Source: Candidatus Woesebacteria bacterium (lineage in GTDB: Bacteria; Patescibacteriota; Microgenomatia; UBA1400; UBA1396). From it: a DNA stretch of 64,000 nt. Shown here in pieces: positions 1 to 9,494 of this stretch (its first letter is position 1; each line of letters starts with the position of its first letter). Made by a program: the position numbers and the translations under genes. The stretch is taken from NCBI GenBank assembly GCA_021208605.1, contig JAJOJK010000018.1, positions 4,780 to 68,779 of the forward strand, written 5' to 3'. The notes under the pieces are model-generated. The model was given only the letters and a program-made list of their open reading frames with translations. It made no database searches and was not told where the DNA came from.

Positions 1-600
1 ATTACGACGGCCTTCAAGCGCGCGGGACAGCGTCACGCCGTCAGCGTACTCGATATCAGCGCCGACAGGAAGTCCGTGACCAATACGAGAAATGGCAATT
101 TCTTCTGGACCATAGCCAGCCTCACGAATCATCTTCTCAATATAGAGCGCGGTAGCTTCGCCCTCCATGGTAGGATTGGTGGCCAAAATAACTTCGGTAA
201 CGCCATCTAAACGGTCTAAAATGTCGCGCAGGTAAAGCTGTTCCGGACCGATATTATCCAATGGAGCAATGACTCCGTGGAGGACATGATAAAGGCCTTT
301 GAAGGTGTTAGTACGCTCGAGGGCAATCACGTCCAAAGGGTTTTCCACCACACACAAGACCGACTGCTCCCGAGTAGCGTCACTACACACGAGACACAGC
401 TCGGCTTCATCAATGTTATGACACTGTGTACACAGGCGCGTATTGCGCTTGAGGTTGAGCAAGGCCTGCGAGAAATCCTCCACCACATAGTCAGGTACAT
501 GAATGAGATAAAACGCTAGTCGTTGCGCCGATTTCGGACCAATGCCAGGCAGTTTTTCAAACTGCTCCACCAGCCCCTGCACCGAACGGGGAAGTTTCAT
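1..600 (-). CDS. recR: Recombination mediator RecR (3' end runs off the window)
   Basis: Manual translation from the ATG at 600: MKLPRSVQGLVEQFEKLPGIGPKSAQRLA, C4 zinc finger CTQC..CLVC, YHVLHG, ATNPTMEGEATA, GLPVGADIEYAD; follows ybaB and dnaX. Confidence 0.96.
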   Translation of the reverse strand, partial: MKLPRSVQGLVEQFEKLPGIGPKSAQRLAFYLIHVPDYVVEDFSQALLNLKRNTRLCTQCHNIDEAELCLVCSDATREQSVLCVVENPLDVIALERTNTFKGLYHVLHGVIAPLDNIGPEQLYLRDILDRLDGVTEVILATNPTMEGEATALYIEKMIREAGYGPEEIAISRIGHGLPVGADIEYADGVTLSRALEGRRN

Positions 601-637
601 GAAAAAGGGTCTCCTTTATGGATGTAATTCCAGAGTC

Positions 638-928
638 TTAACGACCCTGGTCGCCACCAAACATGCCGCCGAGTCCACCGGTCATCTCTTGCAGTTTACC
701 AGCGGCTAACTCTTGGGATTTCTTGATGGCTTTGTTCAAAGCGGTTACAGCGACGTCAGAAGAAACACCCTGAACGCTGAACTCGAGAATACGTTGGTCA
801 CCAGAAATGACAACACGTACATCACCTTCTTCGATCACAATCTCTTCTTGCGCTAACGCCTGCTGCATCTGCATAGCTTGCTTGCGCAATTGATTGATGT
901 CTCCGAGGGCCTTGAGGGGATTCTGCAT
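638..928 (-). CDS. ybaB: YbaB/EbfC nucleoid-associated protein
   Basis: 96 aa with QAMQMQQAL..VRVVISGDQRI..ALNKA; canonical dnaX-ybaB-recR order. Confidence 0.9.
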   Translation of the reverse strand: MQNPLKALGDINQLRKQAMQMQQALAQEEIVIEEGDVRVVISGDQRILEFSVQGVSSDVAVTALNKAIKKSQELAAGKLQEMTGGLGGMFGGDQGR

Positions 929-1012
929 GGGTTCCTTTTCTTTTTTCTCTTGTTTGGGATTCAGTATACCATCGAGCTACTTGATTGTCAGAAAGATGTT
1001 TGTGTCGTGGAC

Positions 1013-2623
1013 TTATGTTTCGACCGAAAGCAGCGCTTCTTCAACGGCTGCCACTAGAAGATCGTCGTGGGCTTGTGCGGAGACATCTACCACCGCCTCA
1101 TCTGGCCGTTGAAGGAGATCATACACAATTTCAATATCCGTTATTCCGAGACGCTGCTCGAACACTTCTTTGACGGCTCGGGCGTACTTGGTCGTTTCGA
1201 GGCGTTCCTTATGAAACGGTAAACTCAAGGCAATATGTACGGCAGAACCTTCCAGACGGCCAGGTTCGGCGTTGCGCAACAACGACTCTACCGCGGTACT
1301 CTTTTCGCGCATAGCCAACAAAATGCCGGGCCATTCTTTATGCAGCGGACCTTCTTTTGCTGGTTTGCTCACTGGTTTGCGGAGTGGCTGAGTTGCCGAG
1401 GCTTCCACGGCAGAACTCGACGCAGTTTTCGGAGTGTTTTGGGTTGGAGACACTTCTTGTTCGGTCATAATGCGCTCCGCTACAGGCACTGCTTGCTCAC
1501 GGCTAATATCTTCTTTTTCGCAAGCCATCGTGGTGGTTTTACTCTTGGGAGTGGATTTTGCTTCGTTGGGATCAGGATCCGTGTTGCTCGATTTTTCGCC
1601 CACACACCACCGGTAACAGGCCACTTCTAGAGCAATACCCTCCACCGGTTCCGAACCGCCCAGTCGCTGCGAAAAGTGCTCCAACAGATCTACAATGTTG
1701 ACGAGGGTCTTTTTCGCTTCCTGACGCTGAATTGCCCGCGATAAACGCTCCTGCAAAGCAGCGAGCAATGCTTGTTCTAAGGCGCGAAACGAAACTCCCT
1801 TTTGCCGCGCATTCGTAAAGTACTCCGATACCGCAGCGACATCTTTGGTGGCCAATGCCCGCAAAAGGTCAGTGACTTCTTCGTCGGAACCCAGCACGGC
1901 CGCCGCAAGTTCGGGACTTACTGCGCCATCGCGAATGATTTGCTCGAAGTACTTCACCGCATCACGGAAGCTCCCGTTGGCAACTTTGGCCAAGCGAGCA
2001 GCGATGTCATCATCCAGAGTGATCTCTTCGGCTTCTGCAATGGTGTGCAGTACACCGGCAATTTCATCGGTCGTGGCTTGACGGAAGCGAATCAGTTGGC
2101 AGCGCGATTGCACGGTAGCTGGCACTTTATGGAGTTCGGTCGTTGCCAGGACAAATACCACATTTTTCGGTGGTTCTTCCAGCATTTTGAGCAACGCGTT
2201 GAAGGCTTCATTGGTAAGCATGTGTACTTCGTCGAGAATAACGACTCGCACAAAACCTTCTGTTGGCACGACTGAAATATGCTCTTGAAGTTGGCGCACG
2301 TCATCGATTCCGCGGTGGCTGGCGGCATCTTGCTCGATAACCACTTGCGAACGCCCCTCGGCAATTTTGGCCAAAACAGGATCTTTGCCATCTGGCTCAA
2401 CAAACTTGCCTTTGCCCTCCTGGATAACAGATTGATTGCGAGGATCATTTAACACTCGGGCTAAAATGCGCGCCGAAGAGGTCTTCCCGGTGCCTTTGGG
2501 GCCAGCAAATAAATACGCGTGCGCAAACTGCCCGGCATCGAGCACATTCTGCAACTGTTCGCGAACAGGAGCAATGTGTAAATCAGAAACATTTTGGGGT
2601 CTATACTGTCGATACCATGCCAT
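1013..2623 (-). CDS. dnaX: DNA polymerase III subunit gamma/tau
   Basis: YRQYRPQ, Walker A GPKGTGKTS, DAASHRGIDD, Walker B ILDEVHML, SRC motif; start taken at MAWYRQ. Confidence 0.96.
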   Translation of the reverse strand: MAWYRQYRPQNVSDLHIAPVREQLQNVLDAGQFAHAYLFAGPKGTGKTSSARILARVLNDPRNQSVIQEGKGKFVEPDGKDPVLAKIAEGRSQVVIEQDAASHRGIDDVRQLQEHISVVPTEGFVRVVILDEVHMLTNEAFNALLKMLEEPPKNVVFVLATTELHKVPATVQSRCQLIRFRQATTDEIAGVLHTIAEAEEITLDDDIAARLAKVANGSFRDAVKYFEQIIRDGAVSPELAAAVLGSDEEVTDLLRALATKDVAAVSEYFTNARQKGVSFRALEQALLAALQERLSRAIQRQEAKKTLVNIVDLLEHFSQRLGGSEPVEGIALEVACYRWCVGEKSSNTDPDPNEAKSTPKSKTTTMACEKEDISREQAVPVAERIMTEQEVSPTQNTPKTASSSAVEASATQPLRKPVSKPAKEGPLHKEWPGILLAMREKSTAVESLLRNAEPGRLEGSAVHIALSLPFHKERLETTKYARAVKEVFEQRLGITDIEIVYDLLQRPDEAVVDVSAQAHDDLLVAAVEEALLSVET

Positions 2624-2714
2624 GTGAGATACCATCGTAACACATGCTGAGAAATTACAAGTCTCTAGCGCAATCCAACATTCTCTTCGAGAGTATCAGA
2701 TACTGTAACACCAC

Positions 2715-2740
2715 GAAAAAGGAGCCTTGCGGCTCCTTCT
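2715..2740 (-). terminator. Intrinsic terminator after rpsI
   Basis: Minus strand AAGGAGCC-GCAA-GGCTCCTT followed by a T tract. Confidence 0.85.
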
Positions 2741-2763
2741 TCCATATTTACAAATAGATGTAT

Positions 2764-3261
2764 TTAACGCTTTGGACTTTGGCGTTTGGTACGGGCGCTT
2801 CCACCACGACCTGGTTTGCGAGACTCTTTCATACGAGCGTCGCGGGTCAGGAGGCCAGCGTCCTTGAGGGCTTTTTTGTAACCTGAATCAATTTCTACCA
2901 AAGCACGCGCAATACCGTGAACGGCAGCATCGAGCTGAGCAGAAGCACCAGAACCGAGCACCTTCACACTGACGGCAAACTTGCCGAGGGTGTCGGTAAC
3001 ACGGAAAGGTTCCAAGAAGCGAGCTTCAGGGGAGACAACAGCGTCGAAGTACTCAACCATAGGTTGGTCGTTAACGACGTAGTCACCAGGCTTGGTGTAC
3101 AAACGAACACGAGCATTAGCAGTCTTGCGACGACCAACGGTGGCAATGTACTCACCCTTTGGAAGAGAAACGACCTGTCCAGATTTTTTGGCTGGAACAG
3201 CTTGCTGCTTCTTCTTTACCTTTTGAACTTTGTTGTGACTCTTTTTAAATTGTTTCGCCAT
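2764..3261 (-). CDS. rpsI: 30S ribosomal protein S9 with Lys-rich N-terminal extension
   Basis: VGRRKTANARV, GLLTRDARMKESRKPG, C-terminal QSPKR. Confidence 0.97.
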   Translation of the reverse strand: MAKQFKKSHNKVQKVKKKQQAVPAKKSGQVVSLPKGEYIATVGRRKTANARVRLYTKPGDYVVNDQPMVEYFDAVVSPEARFLEPFRVTDTLGKFAVSVKVLGSGASAQLDAAVHGIARALVEIDSGYKKALKDAGLLTRDARMKESRKPGRGGSARTKRQSPKR

Positions 3262-3270
3262 ACTGTCCTC

Positions 3271-3696
3271 TTATTTCGCTTGCTTCAGTTTGTCTTCGTA
3301 GGCGTGTTCGGCACCAGCGAACACTTTCAAGCGACGCAAACGAGGGGTTTGCTGCTTGTTCTTCGGGAGCATGCCCTTCACAGCGCGTTCGATCACCTGT
3401 TGTGGATCACGGTCCAAAAGCGTAGCAAAGTTTTCTTGCTTCAGTCCACCTGGACGACCACTGTGACGGTAGTACATCTTGTCTTGCTCTTTGTTACCGG
3501 TAACGGCCACTTCACTGGCATTGATCACGATGACGTAATCACCACCATCCACATGCGGCGTGAAGGTTGGTTTGTTCTTTCCAATTAAGAGCGTGGCTGC
3601 TTCCGCAGCGACTTCACCGAGGACGCGTCCTTTGGCATCAACGAGATGCCATTCACGCTGTACATCCTGCGGTCGTTGCATAAATGTTTTTTGCAT
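3271..3696 (-). CDS. rplM: 50S ribosomal protein L13
   Basis: WHLVDA, KPTFTPHVDGGDYVIVINA, AVKGMLPK. Confidence 0.98.
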   Translation of the reverse strand: MQKTFMQRPQDVQREWHLVDAKGRVLGEVAAEAATLLIGKNKPTFTPHVDGGDYVIVINASEVAVTGNKEQDKMYYRHSGRPGGLKQENFATLLDRDPQQVIERAVKGMLPKNKQQTPRLRRLKVFAGAEHAYEDKLKQAK

Positions 3697-3708
3697 GACT
3701 ACCCAATC

Positions 3709-4218
3709 TTACTTTTCTTCTGCCGCTTTTTTCTCGGTCTTGGTAGACGAAGCGGACTTTTTGGTTGTTTTCTTTTCAGCCTTTTCGGTCTTTTCGGCCT
3801 TCTCAGCTTTTTTGGCTGGCTTGGCTTCTTCATTCGCTTCAGCTTTTTCAGCTTTGGCTGCAGGTTGGTTTACCAACTCGATGAGAACCATGTCAGCGTC
3901 ATCACCACGGCGACGACCAATGCGAGTCATGGTGGTAAAACCAGATTCGCGATCTTGCATAGCGGGAGCTACGCTGTCGACCAAGTGATTCACAACTTGC
4001 TTAGAACCAAAGAAGCGTTCCAGCAAACGACGAGCCTGGACAGTGCCTGGCTTGGCGCGGCTGATTAGCTTATCAGCCAGACGCTTCACTTGCTTAGCCT
4101 TCTGAGAGGTGGTTTCGATGGCACCGTGCTCAAACAAGTTGACTAACAAGTTTTTGAACATCGCCTTGCGGGCTTTGGTATCACGGTTAAATGACTTACT
4201 TTTTACTCGATGTCGCAT
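3709..4218 (-). CDS. rplQ: 50S ribosomal protein L17 with Lys/Ala/Glu-rich tail
   Basis: MRHR, IETT..KAK, RRGDDADM..IELV. Confidence 0.97.
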   Translation of the reverse strand: MRHRVKSKSFNRDTKARKAMFKNLLVNLFEHGAIETTSQKAKQVKRLADKLISRAKPGTVQARRLLERFFGSKQVVNHLVDSVAPAMQDRESGFTTMTRIGRRRGDDADMVLIELVNQPAAKAEKAEANEEAKPAKKAEKAEKTEKAEKKTTKKSASSTKTEKKAAEEK

Positions 4219-4226
4219 AGCTATCC

Positions 4227-5171
4227 TTATTCTTCCTGAGCGGCCTCACTGGCACTGCCTTCTTTGAAGGTGGCGCCGACTTTTTCCAAGGCTTCAGCAA
4301 CGATGTCGACTGACTTAGCACCGAGATTCTTCACGACAGAAACTTGGGCTTCGGTTGCTTGAGAAAGATCACCCACGGTGCTGTAGCCACCTTTACGGAG
4401 GGCATTCGCAATACGGGTTGGGAGATCCAACTCTTCAATGGTTAAACGAGAGACTTCGTCAGTTTTCTTGGCAACTGGTTCGCTGCTGCGTTCCAGAACG
4501 TCGGTTGGATTGATCACTTGTTGGAAGTGAGCAATCAAGATCTCAGCTGAGTGGTCGAGAGCTTCTTTGACGTCAACGGTACCGTCGGTCCAGACTTGCA
4601 TGATCAAACGATCAAAGTCGGTGCGGCGACCAACACGGGTCTCTTCAACGGAGTACGCAACTTTCACGATTGGTGAGAAGACAGCGTCAACGAGTAAGGT
4701 ACCAGTGATGTCGTCGGTTTGGCGAGATTCAGCAGTGCTGTAACCAGTGCCTTGTTCGACAGTGAACGTGATCTCCAACTTGGCGCTGGCATCTAAAGAA
4801 GCCAGGTAGTGGTCAGGGTTCACAATTTCGACACCAGCTGGACAAGAAATGTCACCAGCAGTCACTTCGCCGCCTTTAGCAGACAAAGTTAAGGTGGAGG
4901 CATCACTCAAATCAGACTGAATGCGAATACCTTTGATGTTCAAGAGTAAGTCAACAATATCTTCCTTCAAACCTGGCAAGGTAGAAAATTGGTGTTCAAC
5001 ACCAGAGATCTTCACTGCCGTGATCGCATGACCAGGGATAGAAGATAAAAGAACACGACGTAAAGCATTTCCAACAGTGTGGCCGTAACCACCTTCTAGA
5101 GGTTCACAGACGAGCTCTGTGTAGTTGCCTTCCTGTTTCGCAAGTGTGACGTTAAATCGGGGGGTAATCAT
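4227..5171 (-). CDS. rpoA: RNA polymerase alpha subunit
   Basis: EPLEGGYGHTVGNALRRVLLSSIPG, DAVFSPI, CTD LTIEELDL..RIANAL; start at MITPRF after a TAAGGAG SD. Confidence 0.98.
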   Translation of the reverse strand: MITPRFNVTLAKQEGNYTELVCEPLEGGYGHTVGNALRRVLLSSIPGHAITAVKISGVEHQFSTLPGLKEDIVDLLLNIKGIRIQSDLSDASTLTLSAKGGEVTAGDISCPAGVEIVNPDHYLASLDASAKLEITFTVEQGTGYSTAESRQTDDITGTLLVDAVFSPIVKVAYSVEETRVGRRTDFDRLIMQVWTDGTVDVKEALDHSAEILIAHFQQVINPTDVLERSSEPVAKKTDEVSRLTIEELDLPTRIANALRKGGYSTVGDLSQATEAQVSVVKNLGAKSVDIVAEALEKVGATFKEGSASEAAQEE

Positions 5172-5193
5172 ATGCTTTTCGCTCCTTACTTTC

Positions 5194-5802
5194 TTATCGT
5201 GAGTAAAATTCAACCACGAGCTGTTCTTCAATTCCTTCAGTAATGTCTTCACGCTCTGGCAAAGCACTGACTTTACCCGCAGTTGCTTCACGCTCTAACC
5301 ATTTTGGCACATTTGTGTTCTTGTTGGCTAGTTGTTCTGCAATGTAAGGGATTTTGGCGGCTTTATCACCGAGCTGCACCACATCACCCACGCTGACGCG
5401 GAAGGATGGGATGTTCACCTTGCGACCATTCACACTAATGTGACCATGGTTCACAATTTGGCGAGCGGCGGCCCGAGTGGGAGCAAAGCCCAAGCGGAAA
5501 ACCACGTTATCCAAACGACGCTCTAACAACTTCAGCAGCTGCTGACCGGTAGCCAGAGGTGTCTTCATAGCGGTGGCGTACACCTTGCGCAGGTATTTCT
5601 CCTGCACGCCGTAGACGTAACGCACTTTTTGCTTTTCCTGCAATTGACGACCGTAGTCAGATACTTTGCGACGCATTTTACGACCGTGTTGACCAGGTCG
5701 TACATTCAAGCGACGCGCTACTTTCAGGGGGTTCGACTTCAAGTTCAAGTCTTGACCGACTTGACGAGCGAGTTTGTTCTTAGGTCCGGTATATCTAGCC
5801 AT
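5194..5802 (-). CDS. rpsD: 30S ribosomal protein S4
   Basis: MARYTGPK, QLQEKQKVR, LERRLDNVVFRLGFA, VVEFYSR. Confidence 0.98.
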   Translation of the reverse strand: MARYTGPKNKLARQVGQDLNLKSNPLKVARRLNVRPGQHGRKMRRKVSDYGRQLQEKQKVRYVYGVQEKYLRKVYATAMKTPLATGQQLLKLLERRLDNVVFRLGFAPTRAAARQIVNHGHISVNGRKVNIPSFRVSVGDVVQLGDKAAKIPYIAEQLANKNTNVPKWLEREATAGKVSALPEREDITEGIEEQLVVEFYSR

Positions 5803-6184
5803 GTTTCATCTTCCGTGCTTTTGTACCATTGTGTGGGAGTGGGGTCACGTCTGCAATGACAGAGAGAGACACTCCCGAGTTTTTAATTACGCGCAATGCG
5901 GCATCACGACCAGGACCTGGTCCTTTGATGTAGAGTTCAGCATTACGCAGTCCGAGGGCGCGTGCTTTGTCCATCGCTTCTTCGACCGTAACGGTAGCAG
6001 CGTATGGAGTAGATTTACGAGAACCTTTGAAACCGGCTCCGCCAGTAGAACTCCAGGCAATAACATTGCCCTTTTCGTCAGTGACGGTGACAATCGTGTT
6101 ATTAAAGGTAGCCTGAACGTAGATACGACCAGCCTGCACGACACGTGCCGCTTTTTTAGGAGATGATTTTGATGCTTTTGCCAT
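5795..6184 (-). CDS. rpsK: 30S ribosomal protein S11
   Basis: ATFNNTIVT, GFKGSRKSTPYAA, GPGPGR, DVTPLPHNG. Confidence 0.98.
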   Translation of the reverse strand: MAKASKSSPKKAARVVQAGRIYVQATFNNTIVTVTDEKGNVIAWSSTGGAGFKGSRKSTPYAATVTVEEAMDKARALGLRNAELYIKGPGPGRDAALRVIKNSGVSLSVIADVTPLPHNGTKARKMKHG

Positions 6185-6218
6185 AAACTCTGTATTCTTC
6201 GTTTCTTAGTATTCGCGC

Positions 6219-6626
6219 TTAGGCGGATTTCTTCTTTGCTTCTTCCATCTTTTGCGCCATTTCCTTCGTCATAGCACCAACGGTCTTACGACGACCACGT
6301 CCGGTACGAGCGTTTGTTTTGGTGCGTTGGCCACGAGCAGGTAAACCTGCACTGTGACGAGAACCGCGGTAGGAACCAATACGCTTGAGACGTTCGATAT
6401 TATCACGGACATCTTTGCGGAGGGTACCTTCCACGTCCAAACCATCAAGAACTTTCTGCAGACGACTGACTTCTTCTGGATTTAAGTCGTCAACGCGTTT
6501 GTCGCCATCGACATTCGCATTCTTTAAAATCTGGCTGGCTGTGGTTTGACCGACACCATAAATATAGGTGAGGGCAACCCACACTTTTTTCTTCAAAGGT
6601 AAATCAACACCGGCAATACGTGGCAT
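6219..6626 (-). CDS. rpsM: 30S ribosomal protein S13
   Basis: MPRIAGVDLP, ALTYIYGVG, GLPARGQRTKTNART. Confidence 0.98.
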   Translation of the reverse strand: MPRIAGVDLPLKKKVWVALTYIYGVGQTTASQILKNANVDGDKRVDDLNPEEVSRLQKVLDGLDVEGTLRKDVRDNIERLKRIGSYRGSRHSAGLPARGQRTKTNARTGRGRRKTVGAMTKEMAQKMEEAKKKSA

Positions 6627-6635
6627 ACTCTATCC

Positions 6636-6749
6636 TTATCCTTGCGTCTGGTTATGACGTCGGTTTTTGCAACGGATCATTTTTTTCCCATGACGGGTAA
6701 TCTGCTTACAATCCTTGCATCGTGGTTTAATACTAGTTTTATATTTCAT
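6636..6749 (-). CDS. rpmJ: 50S ribosomal protein L36 (zinc-ribbon type)
   Basis: Manual translation MKYKTSIKPRCKDCKQITRHGKKMIRCKNRRHNQTQG (37 aa, CxxC..C..H) between infA and rpsM; below the ORF-track cutoff. Confidence 0.95.
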   Translation of the reverse strand: MKYKTSIKPRCKDCKQITRHGKKMIRCKNRRHNQTQG

Positions 6750-6751
6750 AG

Positions 6752-7051
6752 TTACTCTTCACTGTTTTCGTTATCGTCAGCGGTAATCGCTGCTTCGTTA
6801 TCGGACTCGCGCAAACGGCGTGTGATACGCGCTCGGTTTAAGTCATAGACAGTCATTTCTGCCAAGACCATGTCTCCCGGAAGGACGCGGATATGGAATC
6901 GGCGCATATTTCCGTTGAGCGTACACAGCACACTGTTGCCAATGATTTGTTCTGGACCTTCCTGTACCTCTACGCGAAACATGCGATTCGGTAAAGATTC
7001 AGTGACTACTCCTTTGATCTCAAATGTATCTTGTCGTGTATTTCCAGCCAT
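6752..7051 (-). CDS. infA: Translation initiation factor IF-1
   Basis: GVVTESLPNRMFRVE, GNMRRFHIRVLPGD, YDLNRARITRR; short insertion and acidic tail. Confidence 0.95.
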   Translation of the reverse strand: MAGNTRQDTFEIKGVVTESLPNRMFRVEVQEGPEQIIGNSVLCTLNGNMRRFHIRVLPGDMVLAEMTVYDLNRARITRRLRESDNEAAITADDNENSEE

Positions 7052-7152
7052 GTACGTAGTGTCTTTCTGACAGAACCCGGATTGTATCAAAATACGCCCA
7101 CTTTCTCAAGAGTGAGATCGTATTTCCCTACGCACGGGTATGTCCTTCCTTT

Positions 7153-7719
7153 TTACTGTTTTTCAGCCAATCTGGCCTCAATGCGTTTGCAGATATCGTT
7201 AAAGATCTCTTGCACGTCGCGTTCACCGTCAATATGCTCGAGTAAACCTTTTTGACGATAGTACTCAATCACTGGTTCAGTGTACTCGTGGAACAAGTCG
7301 ATACGCTTACGGATAGCCGGCAGAGTTTCATCGTCACGGATTTCCGTGCCTTGCATGATACGACCAGCAATACGCCAGAGAGCTTCTTTGTCGGAAATGT
7401 CTAAGAAAAGGACTGCATCTAAGCCATTTTTGAAAGCTTCGGCTTGAGCAGGAGTGCGTGGGAAACCATCCAAAATATAGCCTGCTTCGTACTCAGGACG
7501 ATCAAGGTAGCCTTCCACGATTTCGAGGGTGCGTTCATCAGGAATCAGAGCACCAGAACTCATGGTCTCTTTGATATAACGACCCATAGGAGTCTTCTCT
7601 TGAGCCATGGTACGGAAAATGTGTCCAGAAGACAGGTACGAAATGCCGTACTTTTCAGCGAGTAGGTTCCCTTGCGTTGATTTTCCAGCGCCTTGGATAC
7701 CCATTAAAACAACTTTCAT
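7153..7719 (-). CDS. adk: Adenylate kinase (short-LID type)
   Basis: P-loop GIQGAGKSTQ, LDGFPRT, RDDET. Confidence 0.93.
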   Translation of the reverse strand: MKVVLMGIQGAGKSTQGNLLAEKYGISYLSSGHIFRTMAQEKTPMGRYIKETMSSGALIPDERTLEIVEGYLDRPEYEAGYILDGFPRTPAQAEAFKNGLDAVLFLDISDKEALWRIAGRIMQGTEIRDDETLPAIRKRIDLFHEYTEPVIEYYRQKGLLEHIDGERDVQEIFNDICKRIEARLAEKQ

Positions 7720-7743
7720 GTGTTCCTCTCTTTTCTTCTCTGC

Positions 7744-9033
7744 TTATAGATATTGATCGTATTGGTCATGCACCAGCTGAGCTTGCACTTGGCGCATAGT
7801 CTCAAGCACAACGGAAACGACAATCAACAGACCCGTTCCACCAATGCTCAAAGTGTTTATTCCGGTAGCGTTCTGAGCTACCAACGGTAAGACGGCCACC
7901 ACACCCAAATACAATCCACCAATGAAAGAGACGCGTAAGAGCACGTTCATTAACAGTTGGGCGGTTGGTTTACCGGGACGAACGCCAGGCACAAAAGTAC
8001 CTGATTTCTTTAAGTCCTCAGCAAAGTCTTTGGGTTGGAAGTAGACAAAAATAGAGAAAAAGGTAAAGGCAAACACCAAGATAAAGTACAACGTGTTGTA
8101 CACCGGTGATGCTGGATTAAACCACACCTGCCAGTTACGTGCCATCGCGACTAACCAGCCAGGAGTCTGCGGAACATTCAGTAATAATGTACCGAGAGTG
8201 CTGGGCAGAGTCAGAACTGGCAAAGCAAAAATGATCGGCATTACACCAAACTGCGTCACTTTAATCGGAATGTGAGACATAGAACTGCCATACGAACTCG
8301 TGCCACGTTGGCGGCGAGCTTGCTGGATTGGAATCCGGCGCACAGCTTCTTGCATAAAGACCACCGAAACAACGAGGGCCGCTAACCCCAAAGCCATACC
8401 GAGCAAGGCAGCCGAGCCAACAGCGCTGCGTAATGACCAGGTCTGACTAAAGGAAACTGGAATTTGACTAATAATACCGACAAAGATAATCCATGAAATA
8501 CCGTTCCCCACACCATGCTTGGTGATAAGTTCACCAATCCACATAACTACCATTGCTCCAGCTACCAGAGAAAGAATCATTACCATAAACTCAACTGGTG
8601 CCGTAGCAGTGAGTAAATTCTGAGAGCGCAGCAAGAACAGCAATGATAAAGACTGCAGCACAGCAATTGGCACTGTCAGGTAACGAGTAATCATACTGAG
8701 CTGCGCTCGGGTGGCGTCGCTTTCGCGCTGCATCTCTTTTATCTTGGGGAAAAACAAGCCCGATACCTGCACCAAAATGGAGGCAGTAATGTATGGACTA
8801 ATACCGACAGCCATCAACGAGAAGTTCGCTAAAGTGCCACCGGAAAATATATTCAAAACACCAAGAAATTGGTTGGAAGCAAACAGTTGACGCAGTTGCG
8901 CCACGTCGACACCAAATAAAGGAATATGGGCTAAGAAACGGAAGAGTACGGTTAGAGCGATGGTTGCAAGAAGTTGGTCGCGCACTTGACGCGAATTCCA
9001 AATGGAACGGAGTGTCTCAATAACGTGTTTCAC
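7744..9033 (-). CDS. secY: Preprotein translocase SecY
   Basis: GISPYITASI, GVGNGIS, GVMPIIFA, FVPGVRPG, GGTGLLIVV. Confidence 0.98.
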   Translation of the reverse strand: MKHVIETLRSIWNSRQVRDQLLATIALTVLFRFLAHIPLFGVDVAQLRQLFASNQFLGVLNIFSGGTLANFSLMAVGISPYITASILVQVSGLFFPKIKEMQRESDATRAQLSMITRYLTVPIAVLQSLSLLFLLRSQNLLTATAPVEFMVMILSLVAGAMVVMWIGELITKHGVGNGISWIIFVGIISQIPVSFSQTWSLRSAVGSAALLGMALGLAALVVSVVFMQEAVRRIPIQQARRQRGTSSYGSSMSHIPIKVTQFGVMPIIFALPVLTLPSTLGTLLLNVPQTPGWLVAMARNWQVWFNPASPVYNTLYFILVFAFTFFSIFVYFQPKDFAEDLKKSGTFVPGVRPGKPTAQLLMNVLLRVSFIGGLYLGVVAVLPLVAQNATGINTLSIGGTGLLIVVSVVLETMRQVQAQLVHDQYDQYL

Positions 9034-9039
9034 TGTCTC

Positions 9040-9483
9040 TTATTGCGTTACTTTCCCACCAGCTTTTTCGATTGCTTTTCGTACGGGATTGGAAGTTTCG
9101 ATACCAGTAACAGTGACCGGAGTCTCTAACTTCACGGCGCCAATAAGGCGAGGGGTTCCGTTGCTCAAACGAATCAGGTTGGCTTCAGCAAGGCTTTCGA
9201 CGGTAATTTCAGTCAGTCCTTTAGCAACAACGTCACGCAGTTGAACTTCTTGTTTGGTCTTCAAAGAACCAAAGCGAGCTTTACCACGCAACATAGGCAA
9301 ACGCTTGATGAGCGGAAGTTGTCCACCTTCAAACCAGAGCGCTACTTTGGAAGCACCAGTACGGCTCAACTGACCTTTTTGACCACGACCAGCGGTGTGA
9401 CCACCGCGTTGTGAACCGTATCCACGGCCCACGCGCTTGGCGGAGGAAGACACAATGGATGGTAATTCTTGTAATAAACTCAT
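9040..9483 (-). CDS. rplO: 50S ribosomal protein L15
   Basis: KRVGRGYGS, GRGQKGQ, FEGGQLPL..RLP. Confidence 0.97.
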   Translation of the reverse strand: MSLLQELPSIVSSSAKRVGRGYGSQRGGHTAGRGQKGQLSRTGASKVALWFEGGQLPLIKRLPMLRGKARFGSLKTKQEVQLRDVVAKGLTEITVESLAEANLIRLSNGTPRLIGAVKLETPVTVTGIETSNPVRKAIEKAGGKVTQ

Positions 9484-9494
9484 GTGTATCCTTG

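Noticed and set aside
1700-1720. Programmed dnaX frameshift
   Set aside because: The site is G_AAA_AAG, not A_AAA_AAG, and lies inside domain III.
5795-5830. Frameshifted S11 C terminus (HNGTKARKMKHG)
   Set aside because: Length and basic character are normal and it couples to the rpsD start; simple divergence explains it.
7091-7152. Fifth leader-element copy between adk and infA (AAGGAAGGACATACCC..AGGG), and the short AAAGG-AGAC-CCTTT before recR
   Set aside because: Only weak partial similarity; the main stem and AGRT-ATG end are missing.
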